A stretch of 64,000 bases of DNA from a bacterium (GTDB lineage Bacteria > UBA8248), in assembly GCA_965203325.1 (NCBI GenBank), contig OZ241875.1:2432001-2496000 (forward strand). Direction: 5' to 3'. This document shows, piece after piece, positions 52,811 through 61,304 of the stretch (positions are counted from its first letter, which is position 1; the number at the start of each line of letters is the position of its first letter). The translations under genes and the position numbers were made by a program. The notes under the pieces are model-generated. The model saw nothing but the letters and a program-made list of their open reading frames with translations, was not told where the DNA came from and made no database searches.

Positions 52811-53608
52811 TCAACTCCCCCTGAAGTTCGGTTTGCGCTTCTCGTGAAAGGCCTCCACGCCCTCCTTGAAATCATCCGACTGGCGGAGCCGCGAGTAGCA
52901 ATGCCCCTCCAGCTGGATTCCCAGGGACAGGAAGGTGTCTTCGGTCTCGTTGAGCAGGCGCTTGGCCGTCCGCTGCGCGAGCGGGGCGAACCCGCAAAGC
53001 TCGGCCACCAGGGCGTCTGTGGCCGCTTCGAGCTCATCGTCCGGCACGACCTCGGTGACGATGCCCCACTCATGGGCCTGTTTGCCGCCGATGCGTTTCG
53101 AGCGCATGACGATGTGCTTCGTCCGCGTGATGCCGATCATCTTCTGCAGTCTCGCCGAACCGCCCGAACCCGGAATCTGCCCCAGGCGCTGCTCGGGAAG
53201 AGCGTAGAGGGCCGTCTCGGACGCGATACGGAAATCACAGGCTAAAGAGATCTCGAAGCCCACGCCGAAGCAATAGCCGCGATTCGCGGCGATGGTCGGT
53301 TTTGCGCACCGCGTGGGCGCGGCGATGTTGTCGGCCAGGTTCGAGACGTGCTCGGGCGAGGCCTCCATGAAGCCGCGTATGAATCCGCCCGAAGAGAAGT
53401 TGGGGCCCAGGGCGCGCAGCACGATGACGCGCACGCGACCGTCGAGGTCCAGGTTCTCGAAGGCGGCGCGCAGCTCCTCGCGCTGGCCCATGCTGATCGT
53501 GTTCATCTCGCCGCGGTCGAGAATGATGTCGCCGCGCTGTTGGTCTGCGTCTATCTCGACCGTGAAGCCGTCGAAACTCGCGCCGTGTAAGTCTTCGCCG
53601 TGTGCCAT
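52811..53608 (-). CDS. Crotonase family, 2-oxoglutaroyl-CoA hydrolase (HmfE)-like
   Basis: DGFTVEID, FSSGG..GFMEASPEHVS, ALPEQRLGQIPGSGGSARL, LEGHCYSRLR closely resemble furoate-pathway HmfE as I recall it. Confidence 0.8.
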   Translation of the reverse strand: MAHGEDLHGASFDGFTVEIDADQQRGDIILDRGEMNTISMGQREELRAAFENLDLDGRVRVIVLRALGPNFSSGGFIRGFMEASPEHVSNLADNIAAPTRCAKPTIAANRGYCFGVGFEISLACDFRIASETALYALPEQRLGQIPGSGGSARLQKMIGITRTKHIVMRSKRIGGKQAHEWGIVTEVVPDDELEAATDALVAELCGFAPLAQRTAKRLLNETEDTFLSLGIQLEGHCYSRLRQSDDFKEGVEAFHEKRKPNFRGS

Positions 53609-53642
53609 CGCCAGGGTTCTCCTCCGTCTTGATTTGTCGTCT

Positions 53643-55256
53643 TTATTCCGCGGGCGCCATTTGCAGCAGCGCCTTCTTGTCGATCTTGTCACTCGCGACG
53701 CGGGGGAATTCGCCGAGTTCGATGAACCGCGTCGGTATCTTGTAGGTGGCGAGGCCGCTTTTTCTGAGCGCTTCGGCCAGAACTTCCGGGTCGAGGCTCC
53801 TGCCCTCGTGGGGCTGTACGAACGCCCAGGGCGCCTCGCCGTATTCGGGGTCGGGCGCTGCGACGACGGCGCACTCGAAGACGTCGGGATGTTTGGCGAT
53901 CTCGCGCTCGACCTCGACCGGCAGTATCTTCTGGCCGCTTCGGTTGATGACCTCCTTGCTGCGGCCCAGAAGCCGCAGGCGGCCGTCCTCGTCGATGGCC
54001 GCGATGTCGCCGGTCGCGTTCCAGCCATCCGACCAGACCGCTCGTGTGCCTTCCGGGTCCTTCCAGTAGCCCGAAGACGCGTAGGGGGCCGAGAGCTTGA
54101 AGTGGCCGACGCTCCCCTGAGGCAGCGCGTTTCCCTCCTCATCCTCGATTCGCCAGCGGCATCCCCGGTGCGGCAAACCGACGCTGCCGTTGAGCCTGAG
54201 CGCGGCGGGTTCGTTGAAATCCGCGTGCGCGAAGCCGGGGGTTTCCATGCTGCCCGCCGCGACCACGACGCGGCAATCGGTGAGGCTTTCCACATGGCGC
54301 GCCGCATCGAGATCCGCCGCCGCCGTGCCGATGCGTATGGCGCGCAGCGAACGCAGATCGAACGAGGCGAGATCTTCCTGCGCCAGGCGGTTCAGGATGA
54401 CGGGCACGGTCGTCGCCACGGTGATCCCGGCGCTCTCGATGAGCGCCAGCAAAGCCCGCGCGTTATAGGATTCGGGGAACGTGAAGGCGCACGGCGTCAT
54501 CCCCGACGTCACCCAGACCAGCAGCCCCGCGCCCCCCGCCATCGGCGCGAAAACGCCGATGTTGTCCTTCTCGCTGATACACAATCGCGCGCCGTTTGCG
54601 CGGGCGAGACACATTTGCGCGCCTTCGGGCCATTCGCAAAGCTTCGAAAAACCGCTGGAGCCGCTCGAGACCGTGATCATGGAAATCTCATCGAAGCGGA
54701 AAGCCCGGGCGGCGATTTCCTCCATCGCTCCCGCGTTCTCAGGCGGCCTGGTCAACTCGGCCCAGGGGAGCCAACCCTCGGGAGAAACTCCTGAGAGATC
54801 GACGAGAAGGACGGGCGCGGCTCCGCCTGCCGCCTCATCCAGCCAGACAGTTCCTCCATCGCCGCCCGACTCAGGCGAGGCGAAGATGACGGAAGGCTTG
54901 AGTTCCCGAAAGGCGTAGCCCAGTTCCTTGCCCCGCCACTGCATGGGGGCGAAACAGCCGATGATTCCCGCTTTCTTGAGCGCGATGCGCAAGACTATCT
55001 CGCGGTTCGAGGACGCCATCTGCACCAGGGCGCGGGCGTCGCGCTCGATTCCCCGTGCGATCAGGTTCGCGGCGATGCGGTCGGTGAGTTCATCCAGCCC
55101 CCGCCAGGTGATCTCCTCTTGCGAATCGCGGCAGGCGATTTTCTCGGGGCAATCGCGCGCATAGGCGGCGTAGCGTTCCACCATCGTCTCGCGCGTCCAG
55201 TAGCCTGCGGCGAGGTAGGACTCGATTTTTTCCTGACTCAGAAGAGAAGGCTTCAT
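53643..55256 (-). CDS. Acyl/aryl-CoA ligase (AMP-binding)
   Basis: SSGSSGFSK P-loop variant, TGD, GRSKEVINRSG, KIDKKAL. Confidence 0.9.
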   Translation of the reverse strand: MKPSLLSQEKIESYLAAGYWTRETMVERYAAYARDCPEKIACRDSQEEITWRGLDELTDRIAANLIARGIERDARALVQMASSNREIVLRIALKKAGIIGCFAPMQWRGKELGYAFRELKPSVIFASPESGGDGGTVWLDEAAGGAAPVLLVDLSGVSPEGWLPWAELTRPPENAGAMEEIAARAFRFDEISMITVSSGSSGFSKLCEWPEGAQMCLARANGARLCISEKDNIGVFAPMAGGAGLLVWVTSGMTPCAFTFPESYNARALLALIESAGITVATTVPVILNRLAQEDLASFDLRSLRAIRIGTAAADLDAARHVESLTDCRVVVAAGSMETPGFAHADFNEPAALRLNGSVGLPHRGCRWRIEDEEGNALPQGSVGHFKLSAPYASSGYWKDPEGTRAVWSDGWNATGDIAAIDEDGRLRLLGRSKEVINRSGQKILPVEVEREIAKHPDVFECAVVAAPDPEYGEAPWAFVQPHEGRSLDPEVLAEALRKSGLATYKIPTRFIELGEFPRVASDKIDKKALLQMAPAE

Positions 55257-55270
55257 GCGCGATCCCGGAA

Positions 55271-56056
55271 TCAGCGGCCCTTGTACTCAGGCGCGCGTTT
55301 TTCGGCGTAGGCCTTCAGTGCCTCGCGGCTGTCCTCGGTCGCCATGCAGATGGCGTAGAGCTTTCGCTCGAAGTCAATGCCCGCCAGAAGTTCGGTTTCC
55401 GTGGAGCGCAGGACGGCGTCGCGCCCGGCGACGAAGGCCATGGGGGCCTGCGCCCCGAGCAGGCGCGCCAGCTCCTTTGCGCGGGGCATGAGGTCGGCCA
55501 GCGGCAGGACTTCGGTGACGAGGCCGATTTCGCGCGCGGTTTCGGCGTCGACGCGCTGCCCCGTCAGGATCATCTGCATGGCCCAGCCCAGTCCCACGAA
55601 CCGGTAGAGGCGCTGCGTGCCGCCGCTGCCGGGAATCTGGCCGAAGTTGATCTCCGGCAGCCCGAGCAGGGCGTTCTCGCTCGCGATGCGGATCGTGCAG
55701 CCCATCGAGAATTCGAGTCCCGCACCGAAGCAATAGCCGTTGATGGCGGCCACGGTCGGCTTGCCGAGACGTTCGATGGCGGTCGGCAACTCCTTTCGCA
55801 GCGAGGCCGAAGGGCCCATCTCGGACACCAGCGTGCGCTGCTCCAGTTCGGGGATGTTGGCGCCGGCGGAAAACGACTTGTCCCCATGTCCGGTGAAGAC
55901 GATGGCCTTCACGGCGTCGTCGGTCTCGGCGCGTCGGGCGCAGTCGAGCAGGTCGACCCGCATCTGGTGGGTCATGGCGTTTCGCTTCTCGGGCCGGTGC
56001 AGCGTGACGATCAGCAATTCACCGTCCATCTCGGTGCGCACGTTTTCATAGCTCAT
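55271..56056 (-). CDS. Enoyl-CoA hydratase/isomerase
   Basis: RPEKRNAM, FSAGAN, AAINGYCFGAGLE, PEINFGQIPGSGG. Confidence 0.93.
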   Translation of the reverse strand: MSYENVRTEMDGELLIVTLHRPEKRNAMTHQMRVDLLDCARRAETDDAVKAIVFTGHGDKSFSAGANIPELEQRTLVSEMGPSASLRKELPTAIERLGKPTVAAINGYCFGAGLEFSMGCTIRIASENALLGLPEINFGQIPGSGGTQRLYRFVGLGWAMQMILTGQRVDAETAREIGLVTEVLPLADLMPRAKELARLLGAQAPMAFVAGRDAVLRSTETELLAGIDFERKLYAICMATEDSREALKAYAEKRAPEYKGR

Positions 56057-56230
56057 ATGGAATCCGCCCCCTTGTTCTAAATTTTTATCCGTCGGCCCAG
56101 GCGGCGTACGCCTCGGCGAACGCCCCTGCATTCATTGTAATGACGATAAGCGCCGCTCGGGTCAACCGGCGTTTCGCCATTCGCGAACGCACGGCGCGTC
56201 CCTGAAGAGCGCCGGAGGAAAAAGGGTTCA

Positions 56231-56274
56231 CTGCGGCGTCCCGGCCCTCCTGCGAGAGAGCCGGGACGCCGCAG
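56231..56274. terminator. Strong hairpin downstream of the hydrolase gene
   Basis: CTGCGGCGTCCCGGC-loop-GCCGGGACGCCGCAG. Confidence 0.55.
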
Positions 56275-56307
56275 CGGGCTATGATGGAAAGGATGCGTCC
56301 GGTCCCG

Positions 56308-57492
56308 CTACGCTCCCAGCTTGAGCTTCAGCCAGTCGAAAATCTCGTGCGCGTAGGGGGGCACGTTGTCCATCTGGCAGTGCTGGGCGCCCGTTTCGGT
56401 CCCCTTGACGATCCGGAGCGTCTTGTCTTTGGAGCCCGAGGCGTTGAAGAGCCTTTTCGCGTCTGCGAGGGGGATCTGCTGGTCGCCTTCCCCGTGAATC
56501 AGCAAGAACGGGCAGCGCATGTTCTGCACCACGCCCTCGAGTTTGAAGTCCGCGAGGACGTCTAAGCACTCCTCGGTGGAGTCCAGGTTGAAAATCCACT
56601 CCAGGTGATGCCCGGGAACCGAGAGGGCCGTCTTGTAGGCGGCGGCGATTCTGTCGCGCCACACCCGCTGGTAGTCCCAGATCGCGCCCCAGGCCACGCA
56701 CGCCTTGAAGCGGTGCTCCATGCTGGCATTTCGGGGCGCGTAGTAGCCGCCCAGGCTGATCGCCATGACGCCCGCGCGCTTCGCGTCCACGTCGTTTCTC
56801 GTTTCGAGATAATCGAGGGCCGCGGCGCCCGCGGTTTCATGGTCGTGGCGCAGGTAGAGCTTCCTGAAACGGATGGCTTCTCCGTTTCCGGGCGCGTCCA
56901 CGGCGAGCACGCTCATCCCCCGGCGCACGAGGTCTTCCGCGCCCAGGATGTATTGAATCTCCTTCGAGACGTCGAAACCGTCGAAGGATACCACCACGGG
57001 CGGTTTTCTTTTTCTCGTGTTCTGGGCGTGAATGAGGACGCCCGGCAGCGTCTTTTTGCCCTCGAAGGGGATTTCCACGTGTTCGATGCGGGGAGAATCC
57101 GTGAGGGCGGCGAATCGCTTAAAGCTGTCCAGCGATTTGCGGTACGCGGCGTTCGCCGCCTTGTCCTTGGGTGTGCGGAAGCGTTCGCCGAGCTGGTAGT
57201 AGAAACACGCGCGCTTGAAGAAGGCGGCGGCGGAGAGGTCGTTCTTTTTCCTCGCGGCGGCGAGCCCCAAGGCGCGCATCCTGTCGGCCTCGCTCACCCA
57301 TTCGGCGAACCAGGCGTCATCGTCGCCTATCTTGCCCTTCAGCTTGCGGCAGACCCTGTCGACCTCGCCCATCGTGGACGAACCCCAATAGGACGTGGAA
57401 TAGGCGATGCCCACGCCGGCGGACCAGCGGTAGTCATCGGGAAAATACGCGAACCACGGTTCCTTGCGGACGGCTTTTGCTGCTTTTGCCAT
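56308..57492 (-). CDS. Alpha/beta hydrolase (paralog of the genes at 28782 and 59947)
   Basis: FDGFDVSKE, DAPGNGE, AISLGGYYAPR, GAQHCQ. Confidence 0.88.
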   Translation of the reverse strand: MAKAAKAVRKEPWFAYFPDDYRWSAGVGIAYSTSYWGSSTMGEVDRVCRKLKGKIGDDDAWFAEWVSEADRMRALGLAAARKKNDLSAAAFFKRACFYYQLGERFRTPKDKAANAAYRKSLDSFKRFAALTDSPRIEHVEIPFEGKKTLPGVLIHAQNTRKRKPPVVVSFDGFDVSKEIQYILGAEDLVRRGMSVLAVDAPGNGEAIRFRKLYLRHDHETAGAAALDYLETRNDVDAKRAGVMAISLGGYYAPRNASMEHRFKACVAWGAIWDYQRVWRDRIAAAYKTALSVPGHHLEWIFNLDSTEECLDVLADFKLEGVVQNMRCPFLLIHGEGDQQIPLADAKRLFNASGSKDKTLRIVKGTETGAQHCQMDNVPPYAHEIFDWLKLKLGA

Positions 57493-57736
57493 GAGGCGTT
57501 CTCCTTGCGAGAAGTAGAAGATTATCGTGCACGTATCATTTTGAGGGCCGGCGCGGGAAAATCGAGAAAAACGGATTCTACCATCCGTGCGTTCTTCGAA
57601 ATTCGGGCTTCCTCGTATCGTTGTTCCAGTGGCGGGGAATATATCACAGCGCCGTTCTTTGCGTCATGGGCGGGGAGGTGTTCCGTTCGGGAAGGGAGTA
57701 AATTGTCGAAGGATGGCCACGAAAGGTGAACGCATC

Positions 57737-57775
57737 GTAGGGACAGGCCCCCGTGCCTGTCCTGATCGTGTTTGC
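57737..57775 (+). repeat. REP, left arm of an inverted pair
   Basis: GTAGGGACAGGCCCCCGTGCCTGTCCT is the exact reverse complement of 59890-59916. Confidence 0.85.
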
Positions 57776-57831
57776 ATCAATAAAGGACGACCACAGGAGG
57801 CGGGAAAACCCAAAAGGGTTGATTTTACAAT

Positions 57832-57848
57832 TGATTGCAATGCAATCA
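57832..57848. promoter_or_regulatory. Palindromic operator upstream of the TA operon
   Basis: TGATTGCA-A-TGCAATCA perfect inverted repeat 35 nt before the antitoxin start. Confidence 0.65.
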
Positions 57849-57882
57849 TATGATAGGGTGAAATCCGGCGTAACAGGAGGGC

Positions 57883-58134
57883 ATGAAGATGGCGAGCATC
57901 ACGATCCGCAATCTCGACGATGACGTGAAAACGCGCCTTCGCGTGCGTGCGGCGGAGAACGGCCGCTCGATGGAAGAAGAAGCGCGGGTGATCCTGCGCG
58001 AGGCCGTCGGTCGAGAGGGCGTGCCTGTGAAGGGTCTGGGGACGGCGATCCACGAACGGTTCAAACCCTTCGGCGGTGTCGAGTTGGAGTTGCCGCCGCG
58101 CGAGCCGATGCGTGAACCGCCCCGCTTCGATTGA
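57883..58134 (+). CDS. FitA/StbC-like ribbon-helix-helix antitoxin
   Basis: MASITIRNLDDDVKTRLRVRAAENGRSMEEEARVIL. Confidence 0.93.
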   Translation: MKMASITIRNLDDDVKTRLRVRAAENGRSMEEEARVILREAVGREGVPVKGLGTAIHERFKPFGGVELELPPREPMREPPRFD

Positions 58135-58140
58135 GGGGCG

Positions 58141-58566
58141 GTGATGATATTGCTCGATACGAACGTGGTGTCTGAATTGATGCGCGATTCCGCCGCCCCG
58201 GAGATACTCGCCTGGGTGGACAACCAGTTGTCACAAGAGTTGTTCGTGACGGCGATTACGGAGGCTGAAATCCGCGCTGGGATCGCCTTTTTGCCCGAAG
58301 GCGCGCGCCGCCGGGGTCTTGTGGACACCTTCGAGCAAACTCTCGGGGATTTATTTGCACACCGCGTTTTGCCGTTCGACAGCGAAGCGGCGCGCGCCTA
58401 TGCGGAGGTTGCAGCCGCCCGGCGCGTCATCGGGCGTCCGGTCTCGCAGCCGGATTGTCAGATCGCGGCAATCGCGATCGCGCGTGGAATGTCCGTGGCG
58501 ACGCGAAACGTCCGGGATTTCTCAGGAACCGGAGTTGAAGTGATAGACCCTTGGGCGGGCGCGTGA
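58141..58566 (+). CDS. VapC/FitB PIN-domain toxin
   Basis: ILLDTNVVSE, TEAEI, DCQIAAIA, ATRNVRDF, IDPW. Confidence 0.95.
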   Translation: MMILLDTNVVSELMRDSAAPEILAWVDNQLSQELFVTAITEAEIRAGIAFLPEGARRRGLVDTFEQTLGDLFAHRVLPFDSEAARAYAEVAAARRVIGRPVSQPDCQIAAIAIARGMSVATRNVRDFSGTGVEVIDPWAGA

Positions 58567-58590
58567 GGGTATTACTTTCACGAATCGTCC

Positions 58591-59517
58591 CTACGAAGAT
58601 CGCTCCAGCGCCCTGCGCAGTTCCTCTTGATGACTCAGACCCAATATCCAGGCTTCCTCCGTTTCGATGATGCGGCGCTCCTCTGCGTCGAGAGAGGGCG
58701 CGCCTTCGAACAGGGGCGCGAGGCCGCCCTCTAGGTCGAGCCGAGCGAAGGCCTCCGCGTTCACGCGGACCTGAGCGGCGTCCGGTATTTCACCCTCACC
58801 CCTTCGCTCTTCAATCTCTCGCCTGAGGAGGGAGGGGTAGATTTCGGCAATGACGCCGGGCGATTCGGGCGCGCGCAAGCCGGTATCGAAGGGCCAGACG
58901 GCGAGGCGGCCATTCATGGGCGGGTGCTCGACGAGGCGCTTTATGGCGGGAAGGCCGAGGAGCACCTGTGAGCCGACGGAGCCGGCGTAGGCCAGTTGCC
59001 ATACGGTCTTGGCGCCTCTGGCATGGAGGTCGGCGATACGGCGCTCGGGCGAGTGGGCTTCTCGGTGTGTGCGGCGCGATGCGCGTGTCGGCACATCCGG
59101 GTATCGCCAGCTTTGCGGGCGGCCCCAGAAGGGACCGGTTCCCGGATAGAGCCGGTTGATCTCTTGCGCGATTTGATAGCGGTTGTTCGCGTTGTTCTCG
59201 GCATCCTCGATGCGGGCCGCCAGCCAGTCCCAGAGCGCGTGAGCGGACGCCTCCCCCGTCAGGTGTCTGGCGACCCCGGCCGGGTAGCCGAAGGGAAAAT
59301 CGAAGCCGATCAGTACGCGGCGGTCGGTGTTCAGTTCCTCTGCGATGAGGGAGCAGAGACGTTCCACAGCGTCATGGCGGGTGCGGGCGTAGGCGGGTTC
59401 GTCCACGACGCCGTCTTTAGCTACGGCCCACCAGATGGCGTCTTTCGTCGGACGGGCGGGGCTCGGCCTCGAGCGCGCCGACCAGTCGACGATGACGTGG
59501 GTGTGGAAGATGGTTAA
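58591..59517 (-). CDS. DUF429-like RNase H-fold predicted nuclease; canonical start codon missing
   Basis: The frame stays open upstream of the listed ORF: LTIFHTHVIVDWSARS...GFDFPFGYP...AEIYP...PDA. Only TTA/ATC follow the AGGGGG RBS. Confidence 0.65.
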   Translation of the reverse strand, partial: LTIFHTHVIVDWSARSRPSPARPTKDAIWWAVAKDGVVDEPAYARTRHDAVERLCSLIAEELNTDRRVLIGFDFPFGYPAGVARHLTGEASAHALWDWLAARIEDAENNANNRYQIAQEINRLYPGTGPFWGRPQSWRYPDVPTRASRRTHREAHSPERRIADLHARGAKTVWQLAYAGSVGSQVLLGLPAIKRLVEHPPMNGRLAVWPFDTGLRAPESPGVIAEIYPSLLRREIEERRGEGEIPDAAQVRVNAEAFARLDLEGGLAPLFEGAPSLDAEERRIIETEEAWILGLSHQEELRRALERSS

Positions 59518-59586
59518 TTTCCCCCTTTATGCGATTCTAACCACTCCCACCTTTGAGGGTCATTACCAAGGAAGATGAAGGGAATC

Positions 59587-59737
59587 CACTCCCCCCTTGA
59601 GGGGGAGTCAGTGAGCTAAGGGCGAAAGCCCGCAAGCGAACTGGTGGGGGGAGATTTTATCTGTGGCATGTCCCCCCACCGATTCAGCCTTCGCACAAAT
59701 CGCTCGGCTTCATCGACTCCCCCTCAAGGGGGGAGTG
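59587..59737. mobile_element. Palindromic MITE-like element
   Basis: CACTCCCCCCTTGAGGGGGAGT...ACTCCCCCTCAAGGGGGGAGTG terminal inverted repeats; internal sequence shared with 52508-52677. Confidence 0.75.
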
Positions 59738-59754
59738 AATTTCTTCTCTCGTCG

Positions 59755-59916
59755 GTTGGAATTGACCACCGCCGTCATTCCGTCGAACCCTCCCGCATTG
59801 GTCGGCTCCGACACCGGAATGACGAATAAAACGGCACCGCCCCGTAGGGACAGGTCGCGACCTGTCCCTACACAGGCAAACACGAAGGCAGGACAGGCAC
59901 GGGGGCCTGTCCCTAC
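59755..59916. repeat. RPE-like and REP palindromes, including the right arm of the inverted REP pair
   Basis: GTTGGAATTGACCAYCGCCGTCATTCCG shared with the element near 47141; GTAGGGACAGGTCGCGACCTGTCCCTAC; AGGACAGGCACGGGGGCCTGTCCCTAC. Confidence 0.85.
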
Positions 59917-59946
59917 AGCCACCACCGCATCACGCGAACATCCCCC

Positions 59947-61122
59947 CTACCCGCAGAGCTTCTCCTGGAGCCAGTCGAACATGTAGGCCGTGCCGATGGC
60001 GTAGTTGTCGCGCTGGCAGTGCTGGGAGCCGCCTTCCTTCACGGTGAAGACCTTGAGCGTCTTATCCTTCGAACCCACGGCGTTATAGAGCGCCTTGGCG
60101 TCCCGGAGCGGGATCTGCTTGTCGTCCGCCCCGTGCGTGACGAGGAAGGGGCACCGCATGTTCTGCACGACGCCGTCGAGCCGGAAACCATCGAGCTTGA
60201 CCAGGGCGTCGTCGAGCGAGTCGGCGTTCAGGATCCACTGGATGTGGTGGCCCGGAACGGAGAGCTCCGCCTTGAACGAAGCGTCGATGCGCTTTTTCCA
60301 GGTGGCGTGGTAGTCCCAGATCGCCCCCCAGGCGAGGCATGCCTTGTAGCGGTGCTCCATGCTGGCGATGCGCGGCGCATAGTAGCCGCCCAGGCTGACC
60401 GCCATGACGCCGGCGTTCTTCGCGTCCACGTCGTTCCTGGTTTCGAGATAATCGAGCGCGGCGGAGCCTGCGACCTCGTAATCGGGGCGAAGGTAGATGT
60501 TGCGCAGACGGATGGCCTCGCCCGTGCCGGGGCCGTCCATCACCAGACAGCTCATGCCCCGCCGGATGAGGTCTTCCACGCCGCGGGTGAACTGAAGCTC
60601 CTTGGTCACGTCGAGTCCGTCGAAGAATACGACGACGGGGGGTTTTCTCTTTCTCGTGTTCTCCGCATGCACGAGATAGCCGGGGAGTTTCTTTCTGCCC
60701 TCGAAGGGAACTTCCACGGCCTCGATTCTGGGCCTGTCCGTCAGGCGCACGAAGCGGCGGAAGGTGTCGAGCGATTTCTTGAACGTGGCGACCGCGCGCT
60801 TGTCCTTGGGCGTCCGGAAGCGCTCGCCCATCTGGTAGTAGCATGTGGCGCGCTTGTAGTGGGTGGCGGCGGAGAGGTTTCGCTTCTTGCGCTCGGCGGC
60901 GCGTCCCAGGTCCCGCACGACGTCGCCCATGCGGTCCCACTCGCGGAACCACAGGTTGTCGTCGCCGAGTTTCTTGTAGAGGCGGCGGCAGACCTTGTCG
61001 ACCTCGCCGATCTCGGTCCCGCCCCACTGCGCGCTCGAAACCATGCCGCAGATGGCGGCCGACCAGCGGTAGTCTTCGGGAAAGTACGTGTACCAGTTCG
61101 TGTTCGCGGGTGCTTCGGGCAT
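59947..61122 (-). CDS. Alpha/beta hydrolase (close paralog of 56308-57492)
   Basis: YFPEDYRWSA, FDGLDVTKE, AVSLGGYYAPR, GSQHCQ; AAGGAGG RBS. Confidence 0.88.
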   Translation of the reverse strand: MPEAPANTNWYTYFPEDYRWSAAICGMVSSAQWGGTEIGEVDKVCRRLYKKLGDDNLWFREWDRMGDVVRDLGRAAERKKRNLSAATHYKRATCYYQMGERFRTPKDKRAVATFKKSLDTFRRFVRLTDRPRIEAVEVPFEGRKKLPGYLVHAENTRKRKPPVVVFFDGLDVTKELQFTRGVEDLIRRGMSCLVMDGPGTGEAIRLRNIYLRPDYEVAGSAALDYLETRNDVDAKNAGVMAVSLGGYYAPRIASMEHRYKACLAWGAIWDYHATWKKRIDASFKAELSVPGHHIQWILNADSLDDALVKLDGFRLDGVVQNMRCPFLVTHGADDKQIPLRDAKALYNAVGSKDKTLKVFTVKEGGSQHCQRDNYAIGTAYMFDWLQEKLCG

Positions 61123-61304
61123 GAATGGCCTCCTTGCGTCGCATTCATGACGCGGCGGAATCCCAGAGGCGAAACGCCCGGGTCTGAGTCGCGCGAATGC
61201 GGGTTTTCGGGTTGAATGTAAGCGCACGGGATCATATCTTTGTTCCACGCTGATAATCAAACCGATGAGCCGACCACGGGTGATTTGCGAAAGAGGGGTG
61301 TGTG

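Noticed and set aside
52417..53073. ORFs across the MITE regions (also 7000-7277, 59644-59986, 63321-63615)
   Set aside because: Translations such as HRLPLKGGVN derive from palindromic repeats, not from genes.
52811..55256. Complete hmf furoate degradation cluster
   Set aside because: No HmfABC molybdoenzyme genes are present, and the ligase was not recognisable as HmfD.
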